Part shown: one piece after another, positions 1 to 11,019 of the stretch
Position numbering within the stretch: position 1 is the first letter of the stretch
How the letters are laid out: each line of letters opens with the position of its first letter
Origin: Thraustochytrium aureum
Taxonomy: Eukaryota
Direction: 5' to 3'
Assembly: GCA_012862495.1 (NCBI GenBank)
Contig: BLSG01000421.1
Coordinates: 225,674-245,673, forward strand
Length of the DNA: 20,000 bases
Position numbers and translations under genes: made by a program
Notes under the pieces: generated by a model
Databases searched by the model: none
Told to the model about the DNA's origin: nothing
The model's input: only the letters and a program-made list of their open reading frames with translations

Positions 1-1169
1 CCAAAGCCCTCAACAGCATCAGCGCTTTCGCGTCGGTGGACGTTCGCTGTCCACCCGTGCACGTGCGTCAGTAAGGTGAGTAAGGTACCGTAACGAGCCA
101 GCTCCGCCGTGCGCCACGGTGTGCGCGACTTCCCGGCACGTCAAGGTCATGTTTGCAAGTAGGTAGAGTAGGCCTACTCAACCATGGATTGTGCACTGAG
201 TACGTACTCAAGCAGAACAGAATGCAGAGTCCACAGCAGCTCTTCAAGAGAGTCGCGTCCCTCACTAAACCCAGCTGCGCACACCTCAAGTCTCCTCTTC
301 CCCAGTGAGGGCAGCCACAACCCCTCACTAAAACCCTCCACAAAAAGGGAACCTACCCACTCTCCGTTCCCCCAAATCCATACTCTTGAGACGAAACAAG
401 AACCAGCTCGCCCTCACGCACCGACTCTTGAGGTAACGAGACCCTCCTCGCCTCACAAAAGAACCAGAGGCCCAGGCGGTATTGAGGAACCCGCCACGCC
501 AGAGTACTCTCCCCCCCACAAACGCCATCTCGCTCGGCCACAAAACAAAAGCAAAGCTGAGGCTGTAGACTCTTCCCTACAGGGGAACCCGCGCACACAG
601 AGCCCCTCCAAGTGCGTGTGAGNNNNNNNNNNNNNNNNNNNNNNNNNNNNNNNNNNNNNNNNNNNNNNNNNNNNNNNNNNNNNNNNNNNNNNNNNNNNNN
701 NNNNNNNNNNNNNNNNNNNNNNNNNNNNNNNNNNNNNNNNNNNNNNNNNNNNNNNNNNNNNNNNNNNNNNNNNNNNNNNNNNNNNNNNNNNNNNNNNNNN
801 NNNNNNNNNNNNNNNNNNNNNNNNNNNNNNNNNNNNNNNNNNNNNNNNNNNNNNNNNNNNNNNNNNNNNNNNNNNNNNNNNNNNNNNNNNNNNNNNNNNN
901 NNNNNNNNNNNNNNNNNNNNNNNNNNNNNNNNNNNNNNNNNNNNNNNNNNNNNNNNNNNNNNNNNNNNNNNNNNNNNNNNNNNNNNNNNNNNNNNNNNNN
1001 NNNNNNNNNNNNNNNNNNNNNNNNNNNNNNNNNNNNNNNNNNNNNNNNNNNNNNNNNNNNNNNNNNNNNNNNNNNNNNNNNNNNNNNNNNNNNNNNNNNN
1101 NNNNNNNNNNNNNNNNNNNNNNNNNNNNNNNNNNNNNNNNNNNNNNNNNNNNNNNNNNNNNNNNNNNNN

Positions 1170-2831
1170 GGGCCCCGACGGAGTACCCGCCGCGGTTGTG
1201 GTCGGTGCTAGCCCGCCAGAGGTCAAGGAGGTCGCGGTAGCCGTTCCCGGGCCGGGCCTGGACACGACCCAGGGACGCGCGCAGGCCCTGCAATACGCCG
1301 TACTCCCCCTCCTGGCATCTGGGGTGGGCCGGTTCGAACAACGCATCCTGTACTACAACTCGTGGGCAGACCCGCTGCCGCTCGCTCACCTTTGGTGCGT
1401 GTTCGAGCTATACTTTGTTCTGCACGGGGAGCCGAAGAAGAAGGCCCGTGCGGCGGCAACGAATGAAGAAGCTGTGCTGCTTGTGCGCCCGCCAGAGCAG
1501 GCGGACCTTGCCAGCACGCTTGTGAACAATTACGAGACCATCAAGAACAACATCGCCCGCTTCGACGCGCGAGCGGCGCAGTGCAACGACCCGCTCGAGC
1601 AGAGCATTCTGCGGGGCGCAATAGAGTCGCGCGTTCAAGGCGGCTTGATGACCGTCAGCACGGCCGTTTCGGCAGAGCTCCGCCGCTGGCTGATCGAAGC
1701 AACGCGCCGCGCCGTCAACGCCAAGCGCATCGAAGCGAGCGGGACCGAGGCCCTGGCAGGGTTTTTGAACCAAGCTGGCGTTCTCCTGCACGACCAGGGC
1801 CAGCACGTTGCCGCCGTCAAGCTGTACAACGAGGCCCTGTTCATCTACAAGAACCAGGTTGCTTCCGGCAACGAGCGCGACGACGACTTGCGGCGCGCCC
1901 GCGTGATGGGCAACATCGGCAACGCGCTCGCAGACCAGGGCAAGCTCAACGAGGCGCTCTCCATCTACGAAGAGGAGCTGCAGGCCTCGGAGCGCTGCTC
2001 GCCGGCGACCCGGAGCTGGCCACTACGCTCAACAACATGGCCGTGCTCCTTGACGACCTCGGCCGCTTCCAAGACGCCGTGGCGCACTACGAGCGGTCCC
2101 TTGCCATCCGGCGAGCCGCGCTCGGCGAGTCGCACCCGGACGTCGCCCAGACCCTCAACAACCTCGCTAGCTCGTACTACACGCAGGGCCGACTCGACAG
2201 CGCGGAGGCGCACTACAAGAGCGCGCTAGCGATCTACCGGGGGGAGTCGCTCGGGCCAGACCACCCCAACGTGGCCGACGCGCTCAACAACCTCGCAACC
2301 GTGCACAGCGCACAAGGCAAGCCACAGCAAGCGCTTGAAAACTACACGGCGGCTCTCGCTATCGCAAAGTCCCAGCTAGGGGCAAACCACCCGCAGGTCG
2401 CGCTCGCGCTCGTCAACATGGGCAACTGCCTGGACGAGATTGGCCGCCACAGCGAGGCCCTCGACCTCTGTCAGCAGGCCCTTGCGATCCTCACCGCGCG
2501 CTTCGGCGAGGGCTCGGTCGACGTGGCAACCACGCTCTACTCTATTGCCGCCATCTACCACCACATGTCGCAAGACGAGCTTGCGCTTGGACTTTACGCG
2601 CGTGCTCTAGCCATACTCAAGGCGCGCCTCGGGGACCACCATCCAGACGTGGCCAACGCGCTGTTCAACATGGCCGAGAGCTACGAAAAGCTCGGCAAGA
2701 TACACGAGGCCCTCAAGGCCAGCCGCCAGGCGCTCGCAATTTTCAGCGCTGCCAACGGCGACAAGCACCCGGACACGCGCGACGCAGCCAGGCAGGTCGA
2801 GCGGCTCGAGCATGTCGTGACGCACTCGTGA
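1170..2831 (+). CDS. TPR-repeat protein (kinesin-light-chain/NPHP3-like 42-aa repeats) with an N-terminal WCxxEL domain; 5' end lies in the gap; 1-nt frameshift near 1985
   Basis: The 1198 frame reads ...LNQAGVLLHDQGQHVAAVKLYNEAL...MGNIGNALADQGKLNEALSIYEEELQA. It continues in the 1581 frame as LGALLAGDPELATTLNNMAVLL..., with repeated units LGESHPDVAQTLNNLA, LGPDHPNVADALNNLA, LGANHPQVALALVNMG and LGDHHPDVANALFNMA. Stop TGA at 2829-2831. Confidence 0.9.
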
Positions 2832-3741
2832 AAGGACGGACCGCGCCAAGTGCATGGATGCCAAGATGCGCGGCGCCGCGCAAACCACCGCTCGCGCGGA
2901 GCGCGCGGCGGCAAAGGGAATCGACGCCGTGCGTAGAGTCGGGGGCTCNNNNNNNNNNNNNNNNNNNNNNNNNNNNNNNNNNNNNNNNNNNNNNNNNNNN
3001 NNNNNNNNNNNNNNNNNNNNNNNNNNNNNNNNNNNNNNNNNNNNNNNNNNNNNNNNNNNNNNNNNNNNNNNNNNNNNNNNNNNNNNNNNNNNNNNNNNNN
3101 NNNNNNNNNNNNNNNNNNNNNNNNNNNNNNNNNNNNNNNNNNNNNNNNNNNNNNNNNNNNNNNNNNNNNNNNNNNNNNNNNNNNNNNNNNNNNNNNNNNN
3201 NNNNNNNNNNNNNNNNNNNNNNNNNNNNNNNNNNNNNNNNNNNNNNNNNNNNNNNNNNNNNNNNNNNNNNNNNNNNNNNNNNNNNNNNNNNNNNNNNNNN
3301 NNNNNNNNNNNNNNNNNNNNNNNNNNNNNNNNNNNNNNNNNNNNNNNNNNNNNNNNNNNNNNNNNNNNNNNNNNNNNNNNNNNNNNNNNNNNNNNNNNNN
3401 NNNNNNNNNNNNNNNNNNNNNNNNNNNNNNNNNNNNNNNNNNNNNNNNNNNNNNNNNNNNNNNNNNNNNNNNNNNNNNNNNNNNNNNNNNNNNNNNNNNN
3501 NNNNNNNNNNNNNNNNNNNNNNNNNNNNNNNNNNNNNNNNNNNNNNNNNNNNNNNNNNNNNNNNNNNNNNNNNNNNNNNNNNNNNNNNNNNNNNNNNNNN
3601 NNNNNNNNNNNNNNNNNNNNNNNNNNNNNNNNNNNNNNNNNNNNNNNNNNNNNNNNNNNNNNNNNNNNNNNNNNNNNNNNNNNNNNNNNNNNNNNNNNNN
3701 NNNNNNNNNNNNNNNNNNNNNNNNNNNNNNNNNNNNNNNNN

Positions 3742-5183
3742 TCATGCCATCGCCTGACATGCCTCGCTTTCCGACGAGGGCGTCCACCTCGTCGAGGAAT
3801 ATGATTGCGGGCACAGCAAGTCGCGCATTTGCAAACACGTCGCGCACGGTGCGCTCCGCGTCCCCGACGTACGGGGAGTAAACATCGGCACCAGAAAGCT
3901 TGAAAAAGGCGAAGCCCGCCCGCTGGGCGGCACCGCGCGCCAAGGTGGTTTTGCTGCAGCCTGGTGGCCCGTGCATGAGGATCCCCCGAGGCGCTTGAAG
4001 GCCCATGCGGTCCATCGCGGCGCGATGCAGAACTGGCCACTCGACGGCCGCGCGAGCTCGGCCTTGACCGAGTTGTAGCCGCCCACAGCAACGCGAAGCG
4101 GACCCTCTATCGCGCCCGTCTGCGACCCGCCCCGCTGCCGCAGCAGCGAGCCCTGCCCTACTTGCGCTCTTGCGGCATGGAGCTCGCTCGCGGTGACGGC
4201 AGCCGCTCTCCCTCCGGGCGCGCCCGACTCGCGCGCCGCAGCCACATACATGGCAACGGCTTCAAGGTCTGCCCCGACAAAGCCGACGCAACTCGTCGCA
4301 AATTCGCGCACCACGGCGCCAGCCTCGCCATCGCCAATCGCGGCCTCAGCCATGCCGAGCGAAGACGCCAGTTTTCGGCGCAAAATCTCGGCGCGTTCGC
4401 CCGCCGAGGGCGGCCGGAAGGCGATTTCGCGCTCAAAGCGGCCGGGCCGCCGCAACGCCGCATCGATTGCGTCTGGCCGGTTGGTCGCCGCCACAATCGT
4501 GATGCGGTGGTCGGTTGTTCCCAAACCATCCATCAGCGTCAGGAGCTGGGCGACGGTTCGGCTCTCTGCTGCCCCTGCGCCCTCGCGCTTGGGGCAGAGG
4601 CCATCGAGCTCGTCCAAAAACACGACGCACCGCGAACGCTCGCCTTTGCGCGTCACAAACTCGAGCGCGTCCGAAAAGGCGCCGCGCATGAGCTCCTCTG
4701 CGGCGCCCATCATCCCAGCGTTGGCCCCGCTTGGGAGCCCGACGCGGATCAGCTGGCAGGCTGCGATGCGCGACAGCGAGGACACCACCGTTTCAACTGC
4801 AGTGGTCTTGCCGGTTCCCGGGGGTCCATGCAGCAGAATGCCTCGAGGCGACGCCAGGCCGCCAAAGTGCCGAAAGGTGCTCGCAAACCGCGACGGCCAA
4901 ACGAGGAGCTCCTCGAGCTGCCTGGCCGGGCCACTCTGCAGGGTCTCACCGGTTCCGTGCAGTTCTGCAGGGCCGAGCACTTCACCGTGCCGGAAGCTTG
5001 TCTCGCCGGGGCCGTCCTCAAAGGTGACCGTAGTCAGAGCAGTGCAGAGCGCGAATCCAGACCGCGGCGAGCAGCGCTCCACAACAGCGTCGTAGGCAAG
5101 GCCCGCCGGCTTGCTGATGCGAGCCCCCGACACAGGGGCAGGCCGCACTGCACAAAGTGCACGACCTGAAGCCGCACGCTGGT
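3742..5183 (-). CDS. SPATA5L1: CDC48-family two-domain AAA+ ATPase, most like AFG2B/SPATA5L1 (60S ribosome biogenesis); both ends lie in gaps; frameshift near 4047-4056
   Basis: D1 has GILLHGPPGTGKT, VVFLDELD and ATNRPDAIDAALRRPGRFERE. Restoring one base gives ELARAVEWPVLH...; D2 has GILMHGPPGCSKTT, SGADVYSPYVGDAE and IIFLDEVD. GPPGCSKT is typical of the AFG2 clade, and the SGAD..SP.VGD.E segment points to the SPATA5L1 paralog. Confidence 0.8.
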
Positions 5184-5786
5184 NNNNNNNNNNNNNNNNN
5201 NNNNNNNNNNNNNNNNNNNNNNNNNNNNNNNNNNNNNNNNNNNNNNNNNNNNNNNNNNNNNNNNNNNNNNNNNNNNNNNNNNNNNNNNNNNNNNNNNNNN
5301 NNNNNNNNNNNNNNNNNNNNNNNNNNNNNNNNNNNNNNNNNNNNNNNNNNNNNNNNNNNNNNNNNNNNNNNNNNNNNNNNNNNNNNNNNNNNNNNNNNNN
5401 NNNNNNNNNNNNNNNNNNNNNNNNNNNNNNNNNNNNNNNNNNNNNNNNNNNNNNNNNNNNNNNNNNNNNNNNNNNNNNNNNNNNNNNNNNNNNNNNNNNN
5501 NNNNNNNNNNNNNNNNNNNNNNNNNNNNNNNNNNNNNNNNNNNNNNNNNNNNNNNNNNNNNNNNNNNNNNNNNNNNNNNNNNNNNNNNNNNNNNNNNNNN
5601 NNNNNNNNNNNNNNNNNNNNNNNNNNNNNNNNNNNNNNNNNNNNNNNNNNNNNNNNNNNNNNNNNNNNNNNNNNNNNNNNNNNNNNNNNNNNNNNNNNNN
5701 NNNNNNNNNNNNNNNNNNNNNNNNNNNNNNNNNNNNNNNNNNNNNNNNNNNNNNNNNNNNNNNNNNNNNNNNNNNNNNNNNNNNNN

Positions 5787-6884
5787 GATGGTCGAGCACG
5801 CGGACGGGGGCGCGGCCAGCGCGGCGGTGCTCGAGACGACGGCCGAGGAGCTGGACGGGCTGCGCATCCGCGTGATGAAGTACGGGGACTGCCTGCTCGG
5901 CGCGGTGTACCCCGAGCTGGAGCTGTCCGCATTCACGGCGTTCAACGTCATGGCGGCCGGGGTGCACCGCGTGTCGAAACTGCAGCGAGGCCCCAAGTCG
6001 CTCTTGCAGCTGGGGCTTGGCGTGGGCACGGTCCCCATGCAGGCCAAGCGCAAGAGCGGCTACGACAGAGTGGACGCTGTCGAGAATAGCACGACCGTGG
6101 CCCGCTTCGCGAGAGAGCACTTTGGGTACACCGCTGGCGCGATCGTGCTGGCCGAGGCCCATAATTTTCTCTTTGACCCGGCGAGCGCCGCGCCGTGCGA
6201 CCAAGGCGACATCGTGGACAGCTCTCTGGGAGGCCCGGCGTCCCCGTTGTGGGCTTGCGCCGGGTCCGGCGACCTGCTACCCGAGAGGTACGATGTCGTC
6301 GCGCAGGACCTCTACCTGGGGTGGAACCCGACGCACGTCTTGAACCGCGCGGTGTTCGAGCGCGTCCGCGACTTTTGGCTCGACCCGGATCAAGGCGTCT
6401 ACATGGTCAACTTTGTGGGTTTTCATCACGGGCCGCATCGGCGGTTCAGCGCAAGCGTGGTCCACACGCTCCGCGGCGTGTTCGCCATGTGCAATGCTTT
6501 CGCGACGCGCCGGTGTCGCACCGCATCGACACGTCAACCAATATCATCTGCTTCGCGTCCCAGCACGGTGACCTGGTCGATTTTCTGCGCGGCGCTCGCC
6601 CGAGCCCGGCGTTTGCTGGCGTCGACATCGCGCAGATATCGCTCGAGTGGATCGACCAATACTTTGAGCACTGGCGGGTGTTCGAGGCGGGAGACGAGAC
6701 GGTCCCTCCGGACACGGACAATGCCAGCCCGGTCGTTCTGGACCCTGGCGCAGACCTCGGCGCGTTTGAAGCCTCCTTTGCTGCTGCGGCGGCCGACATG
6801 CGCGACTACATCCGCGACATTCTCCCTGCCGAGTACTGGGACGAAGCCCGGCCTCGCGCGGACGAGGACTGCGCTGTCGAGTAG
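5787..6884 (+). CDS. Spermidine-synthase-like / class I SAM-dependent methyltransferase-fold protein; 5' end possibly in the gap; frameshift near 6483
   Basis: Motif I LLQLGLGVGTVP, then VDAVENSTTVARFAREHFG, AEAHNFL, YDVVAQDLY and GVYMVNFVG. Adding one C gives HTLRGVFRHVQCFRD...NIICFAS, continuing in the 6195 frame to TAG at 6882-6884. Confidence 0.8.
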
Positions 6885-7404
6885 TGGGCGATGAAATGCA
6901 GAACGGCGGTGACGAGCCGCGACGGCCTTCTTCCAGCGCTAGCTACGACGCGCTCTTTTCGGTTGCTCCAGTTCCCCACTCTCGCGCCACGGCCAGCGGG
7001 ATGGGCGCATCCGCAAAAGCCGCGAGCAAGATTCGAGGGCCTCCTTGATGCAAGGAACAGCAACGCGCATCGGCCGCTCGCCTCGTTTCGCTGCGAGACG
7101 CACGTGCAGCGGGGGGTACCGGGACCAAAACGAGCCCGTTTGTTCCGCTGTTCGCTTGTGGCGTCGATCGATCGAGCGCGTTCTGCGCCAGTGCCAGTGC
7201 GGCGAGGAGTCGCACCCGTGCTGCAGCCTTACTCAACTCTACGACCGTGGTTGGGAGCGAGCGAGGGAGCGGGGGTTGCTGCCCGTTCGCGTCCGGGTCG
7301 CCAATCGAGCGGGAGGAACGAGGCGCCTCGCCTGATCGGCCGATCGATTGCAGCTCCGAGCTAGAGTAGGAAGAGTACATACAAGTAACTGCCGCCCGGT
7401 TGGC

Positions 7405-8601
7405 TCACTCCCCACTCAAGCGCGCGTCGGAGCAAACCGCCGCCGGCAGGCCCGTCTCCTTCCCTGGAGACAGAGAATGGAGTAAGTACTGGCATTGCGC
7501 CGCCAAAGTGGACCTGGCTACAACAGTTCGTTCGCTGCGCGACGCAAGTGTTGCTTCTCCCATCCACCCTTGCGACTCCTCTTCGGCTGGGCCCGTGCCG
7601 AGACTCGGCAAGAGTACTCCCTCCCGGGCCACCCTCGCAACATCCCGAACTCGGAACCCTTGTACTGGCGTCGTGTCCAAGCCGAGTCCTCCGAGCGTCG
7701 CCGAACTGGCTTTGAAAGTTGACAGCACTTGCTCTTGCTCGAGGCAGCCTACGACCAACCCACCCTGCACGCGACATGTCCATCCATGCCCAAGCACGGC
7801 GCGCCCAGCTGGATGGACAGCCGGACTTGATTGCCGGCTCGCACGCAAGGCAGGCAAGGCAGGCAGGAAGTCCACTTACCGGCACCAATCCAGCGAGCGC
7901 GCTGAAAAGAAGCCTGATCAGAGAAGCGCCACCCTACAGTGCCAAGGAGCCGCGCGAGTAAGTATGTACCTGCCGACGCACCAAGGAGAGTACAGGCTCC
8001 TGAGCCAAGGCTTGCCCGCCTGGACGGACGGTAACCCTGTAACGCGCGAGAATGACCGCCAAGCCAGGGTTACATTCTCCAAGCCCGACAACTGCAAGTT
8101 GAACGGAAACCCTGCCAAGTCGCCCAATGCTCCTGTCGGACAGACGCTGCGGCGCGCCGCTGTGTGGAGGGCGGTCCGCCGCCTCCTACTTCCTCCATCC
8201 GCGCGGGAATTGCGGGCTGGCTGCGATCGCATCTTGGTTCGCGGCGGCGATGATTCTGGCTGCGGCGCCTTGATGGCCATCGGCGACCTGTTCGTGCCGC
8301 TGGCTGGCCGTCGTCGCTGCAGGCAAGAGCAAGTGCGGGTAGGCCTCTCAGCGCTGTGGCGTACCATCAACTAGCGTGCGAGCAGCAAGAGGACGATGGA
8401 GGCCGGCTTGGCGCATCTTCAACCGGATTCGCTGGCGGCTGCGCCATGCGGTGCTGGCATAGCGGCACCGCAATGGCGGGAGAAGATGCTCGCGTAGCCG
8501 GCTTGTCCCACCGCCTGCATCTTGTTGTGCCTCGCGGGGCTCGGCCCGCAGCTGCATCGGCTGGGGTGCGGCTCGTCGGTCTGCGTCAAGCGAATCCTCC
8601 A
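7405..8601 (-). CDS. Possible hypothetical gene, fragmented, with a candidate intron at 7879-7765
   Basis: Minus-strand ORFs 7405-7875 and 7918-8370. A consensus donor G|GTAAGT at 7879 and acceptor GTGCAG| at 7765 enclose CCTG-type simple repeats. No recognisable domain. Confidence 0.25.
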
Positions 8602-9202
8602 NNNNNNNNNNNNNNNNNNNNNNNNNNNNNNNNNNNNNNNNNNNNNNNNNNNNNNNNNNNNNNNNNNNNNNNNNNNNNNNNNNNNNNNNNNNNNNNNNNN
8701 NNNNNNNNNNNNNNNNNNNNNNNNNNNNNNNNNNNNNNNNNNNNNNNNNNNNNNNNNNNNNNNNNNNNNNNNNNNNNNNNNNNNNNNNNNNNNNNNNNNN
8801 NNNNNNNNNNNNNNNNNNNNNNNNNNNNNNNNNNNNNNNNNNNNNNNNNNNNNNNNNNNNNNNNNNNNNNNNNNNNNNNNNNNNNNNNNNNNNNNNNNNN
8901 NNNNNNNNNNNNNNNNNNNNNNNNNNNNNNNNNNNNNNNNNNNNNNNNNNNNNNNNNNNNNNNNNNNNNNNNNNNNNNNNNNNNNNNNNNNNNNNNNNNN
9001 NNNNNNNNNNNNNNNNNNNNNNNNNNNNNNNNNNNNNNNNNNNNNNNNNNNNNNNNNNNNNNNNNTCATCCAAGCTCTCGCTGTCGATCGAAAGGCCCAA
9101 AGGAAGTAAAAAGGAAGGCAGGCAGGAAGGAAAGGCCTTGGCCTGCCCCAGGCTGCCCGTGGCCCAACTGGAGAGCCCCCTCGCGGCCGCAGGGGTTTGG
9201 GC

Positions 9203-9252
9203 GATCGATCGATCGATCGATCACTGGGGTTTGGTTTGGTTTGCTTTGCTTT
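9203..9252. repeat. (GATC)5 followed by (TTTGG/TTTGC)n simple repeats
   Basis: gatcgatcgatcgatcgatc at 9203-9222, then tttggtttggtttgctttgcttt. Confidence 0.85.
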
Positions 9253-9701
9253 ACAAGAGGAGAGTGCTCTGGGGTACAGTACTCCTCTCCTCACTGTCCT
9301 GCTTGCTTGTGTCTCGCGTCTCGGGAAGGGCACGTTGAGCGCTTGCTGGTCAACCACACCAAGTCGTGGAGCGCCAAAAAAGCCATGTCAGACCCCGAAT
9401 TGGCGTCAGCCGAGCCACGCGAAGCCGCCAGAGCTGCCAGCCAGAGCCGCCAGCCAGAGCTGCCGCTGCGGCATTCCACGCCAGCGCAGCCGCGTTGAGC
9501 GCGGTCGTCGCCGGCCTGCGTGCCAGCAGAGCTGGGCTGCCGGGTTGTCAGTACTACCGCAAGGTTGGTGAAACCAAAGCTTAGGGAGCGGAGCCCTGCT
9601 CGAGTTGGAGAGCCGCAAGGCGGAGGGACTGGCTGGCCTTGTAAGGCCCGCCTCGGCAGCGCGGGTCGCCGGCGTTCGAGCGTCGACCGCCTCGTGCTGC
9701 A

Positions 9702-10505
9702 ATGGAGGAACACCGCAGGTTTGACGCCCTGGCACTCCGCGCCGCCGAGCTCGCGAGCGTCGACATCAAGCAAGCAGCCGGCTTTCTGTTCAAAAATGGG
9801 CTGGCCGTAGATGCTGGGCACGCCGTCAGCCTGATCCGCGCCGTTGCCTCAACCGACGCGGGGTGCGACAGCGCCTCGGACGCCAGCGGGGCCGCCGAGC
9901 GCACCGCATCGAGCGCCTCGGCCGCAAGCAGCCCGGATGTCTTGCCAAGCGGCGCAGCCAAAATCCCGGACGGTATCGCCGAGGATCTAGCGCGCCAGAC
10001 AGCCAAGGCGATCCTGAACGCACACGCCTCAGAAGAAGACTGCGACAGCGGCTGCGAGAGCGACTCGCAGAACTGCGGCCAGAATGAGCAAGCCAAGCCA
10101 TCATCCGCGCCTTCGTCAGAGATGCGGTTCCTGGCAGCCAAAGCACCGGACCCCGTCGCGTCCGCGCACGAGACCGCGCGGGGACTGTTCCCGGGTCTCT
10201 TCGACCAAGAGCGAGGCAGCCCGTTGCTCTATGGCGATGAATTCGTCATTCGCGCAGCTGGCCTCTGGGTGTCCGCGCGGAGCGATTACTGCAAGCCATT
10301 CAACGGGCCGCGCAGCCTCGCGTCCAAGCTCAACCTGTGCATCAATGCGCGCACCACGCGCGAAAGGGCGCGCCTTTTCCGAATCGAACCCCTGCACGAG
10401 GCGCCGCTGGCAAGACCGTGCAGTTTGGCGAGACGGTCCGGCTCGTCTCGGGCCGGACCAAGCACCGCGTGAAGCTCGCGTGCCCTGGCCGCGCCGGTAC
10501 CGTGC
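9702..10505 (+). CDS. Hypothetical protein, probably the N-terminal part of the downstream EEP gene; frameshift near 10409; true start may be upstream (ATG 9385)
   Basis: Coding-like ORF 9702-10472. One extra G at 10409-10410 joins ...EPLHEAPL to GKTVQFGETVRLVSGRTKHRVKL, which runs open into the gap. Confidence 0.6.
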
Positions 10506-11019
10506 NNNNNNNNNNNNNNNNNNNNNNNNNNNNNNNNNNNNNNNNNNNNNNNNNNNNNNNNNNNNNNNNNNNNNNNNNNNNNNNNNNNNNNNNNNNNNNN
10601 NNNNNNNNNNNNNNNNNNNNNNNNNNNNNNNNNNNNNNNNNNNNNNNNNNNNNNNNNNNNNNNNNNNNNNNNNNNNNNNNNNNNNNNNNNNNNNNNNNNN
10701 NNNNNNNNNNNNNNNNNNNNNNNNNNNNNNNNNNNNNNNNNNNNNNNNNNNNNNNNNNNNNNNNNNNNNNNNNNNNNNNNNNNNNNNNNNNNNNNNNNNN
10801 NNNNNNNNNNNNNNNNNNNNNNNNNNNNNNNNNNNNNNNNNNNNNNNNNNNNNNNNNNNNNNNNNNNNNNNNNNNNNNNNNNNNNNNNNNNNNNNNNNNN
10901 NNNNNNNNNNNNNNNNNNNNNNNNNNNNNNNNNNNNNNNNNNNNNNNNNNNNNNNNNNNNNNNNNNNNNNNNNNNNNNNNNNNNNNNNNNNNNNNNNNNN
11001 NNNNNNNNNNNNNNNNNNN

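Noticed and set aside
259..336. T3 promoter or vector contamination (CCCTCACTAAA twice), or telomeric repeat
   Set aside because: Only the 11-nt core matches. The AATTAA and GGGA flanks and any polylinker are absent, and there is no tandem telomeric array.
3742..6204. 820-aa minus-strand ORF as a single protein
   Set aside because: Artefact of reading through Ns. The 5787-6204 part is the antisense of the methyltransferase-fold gene.
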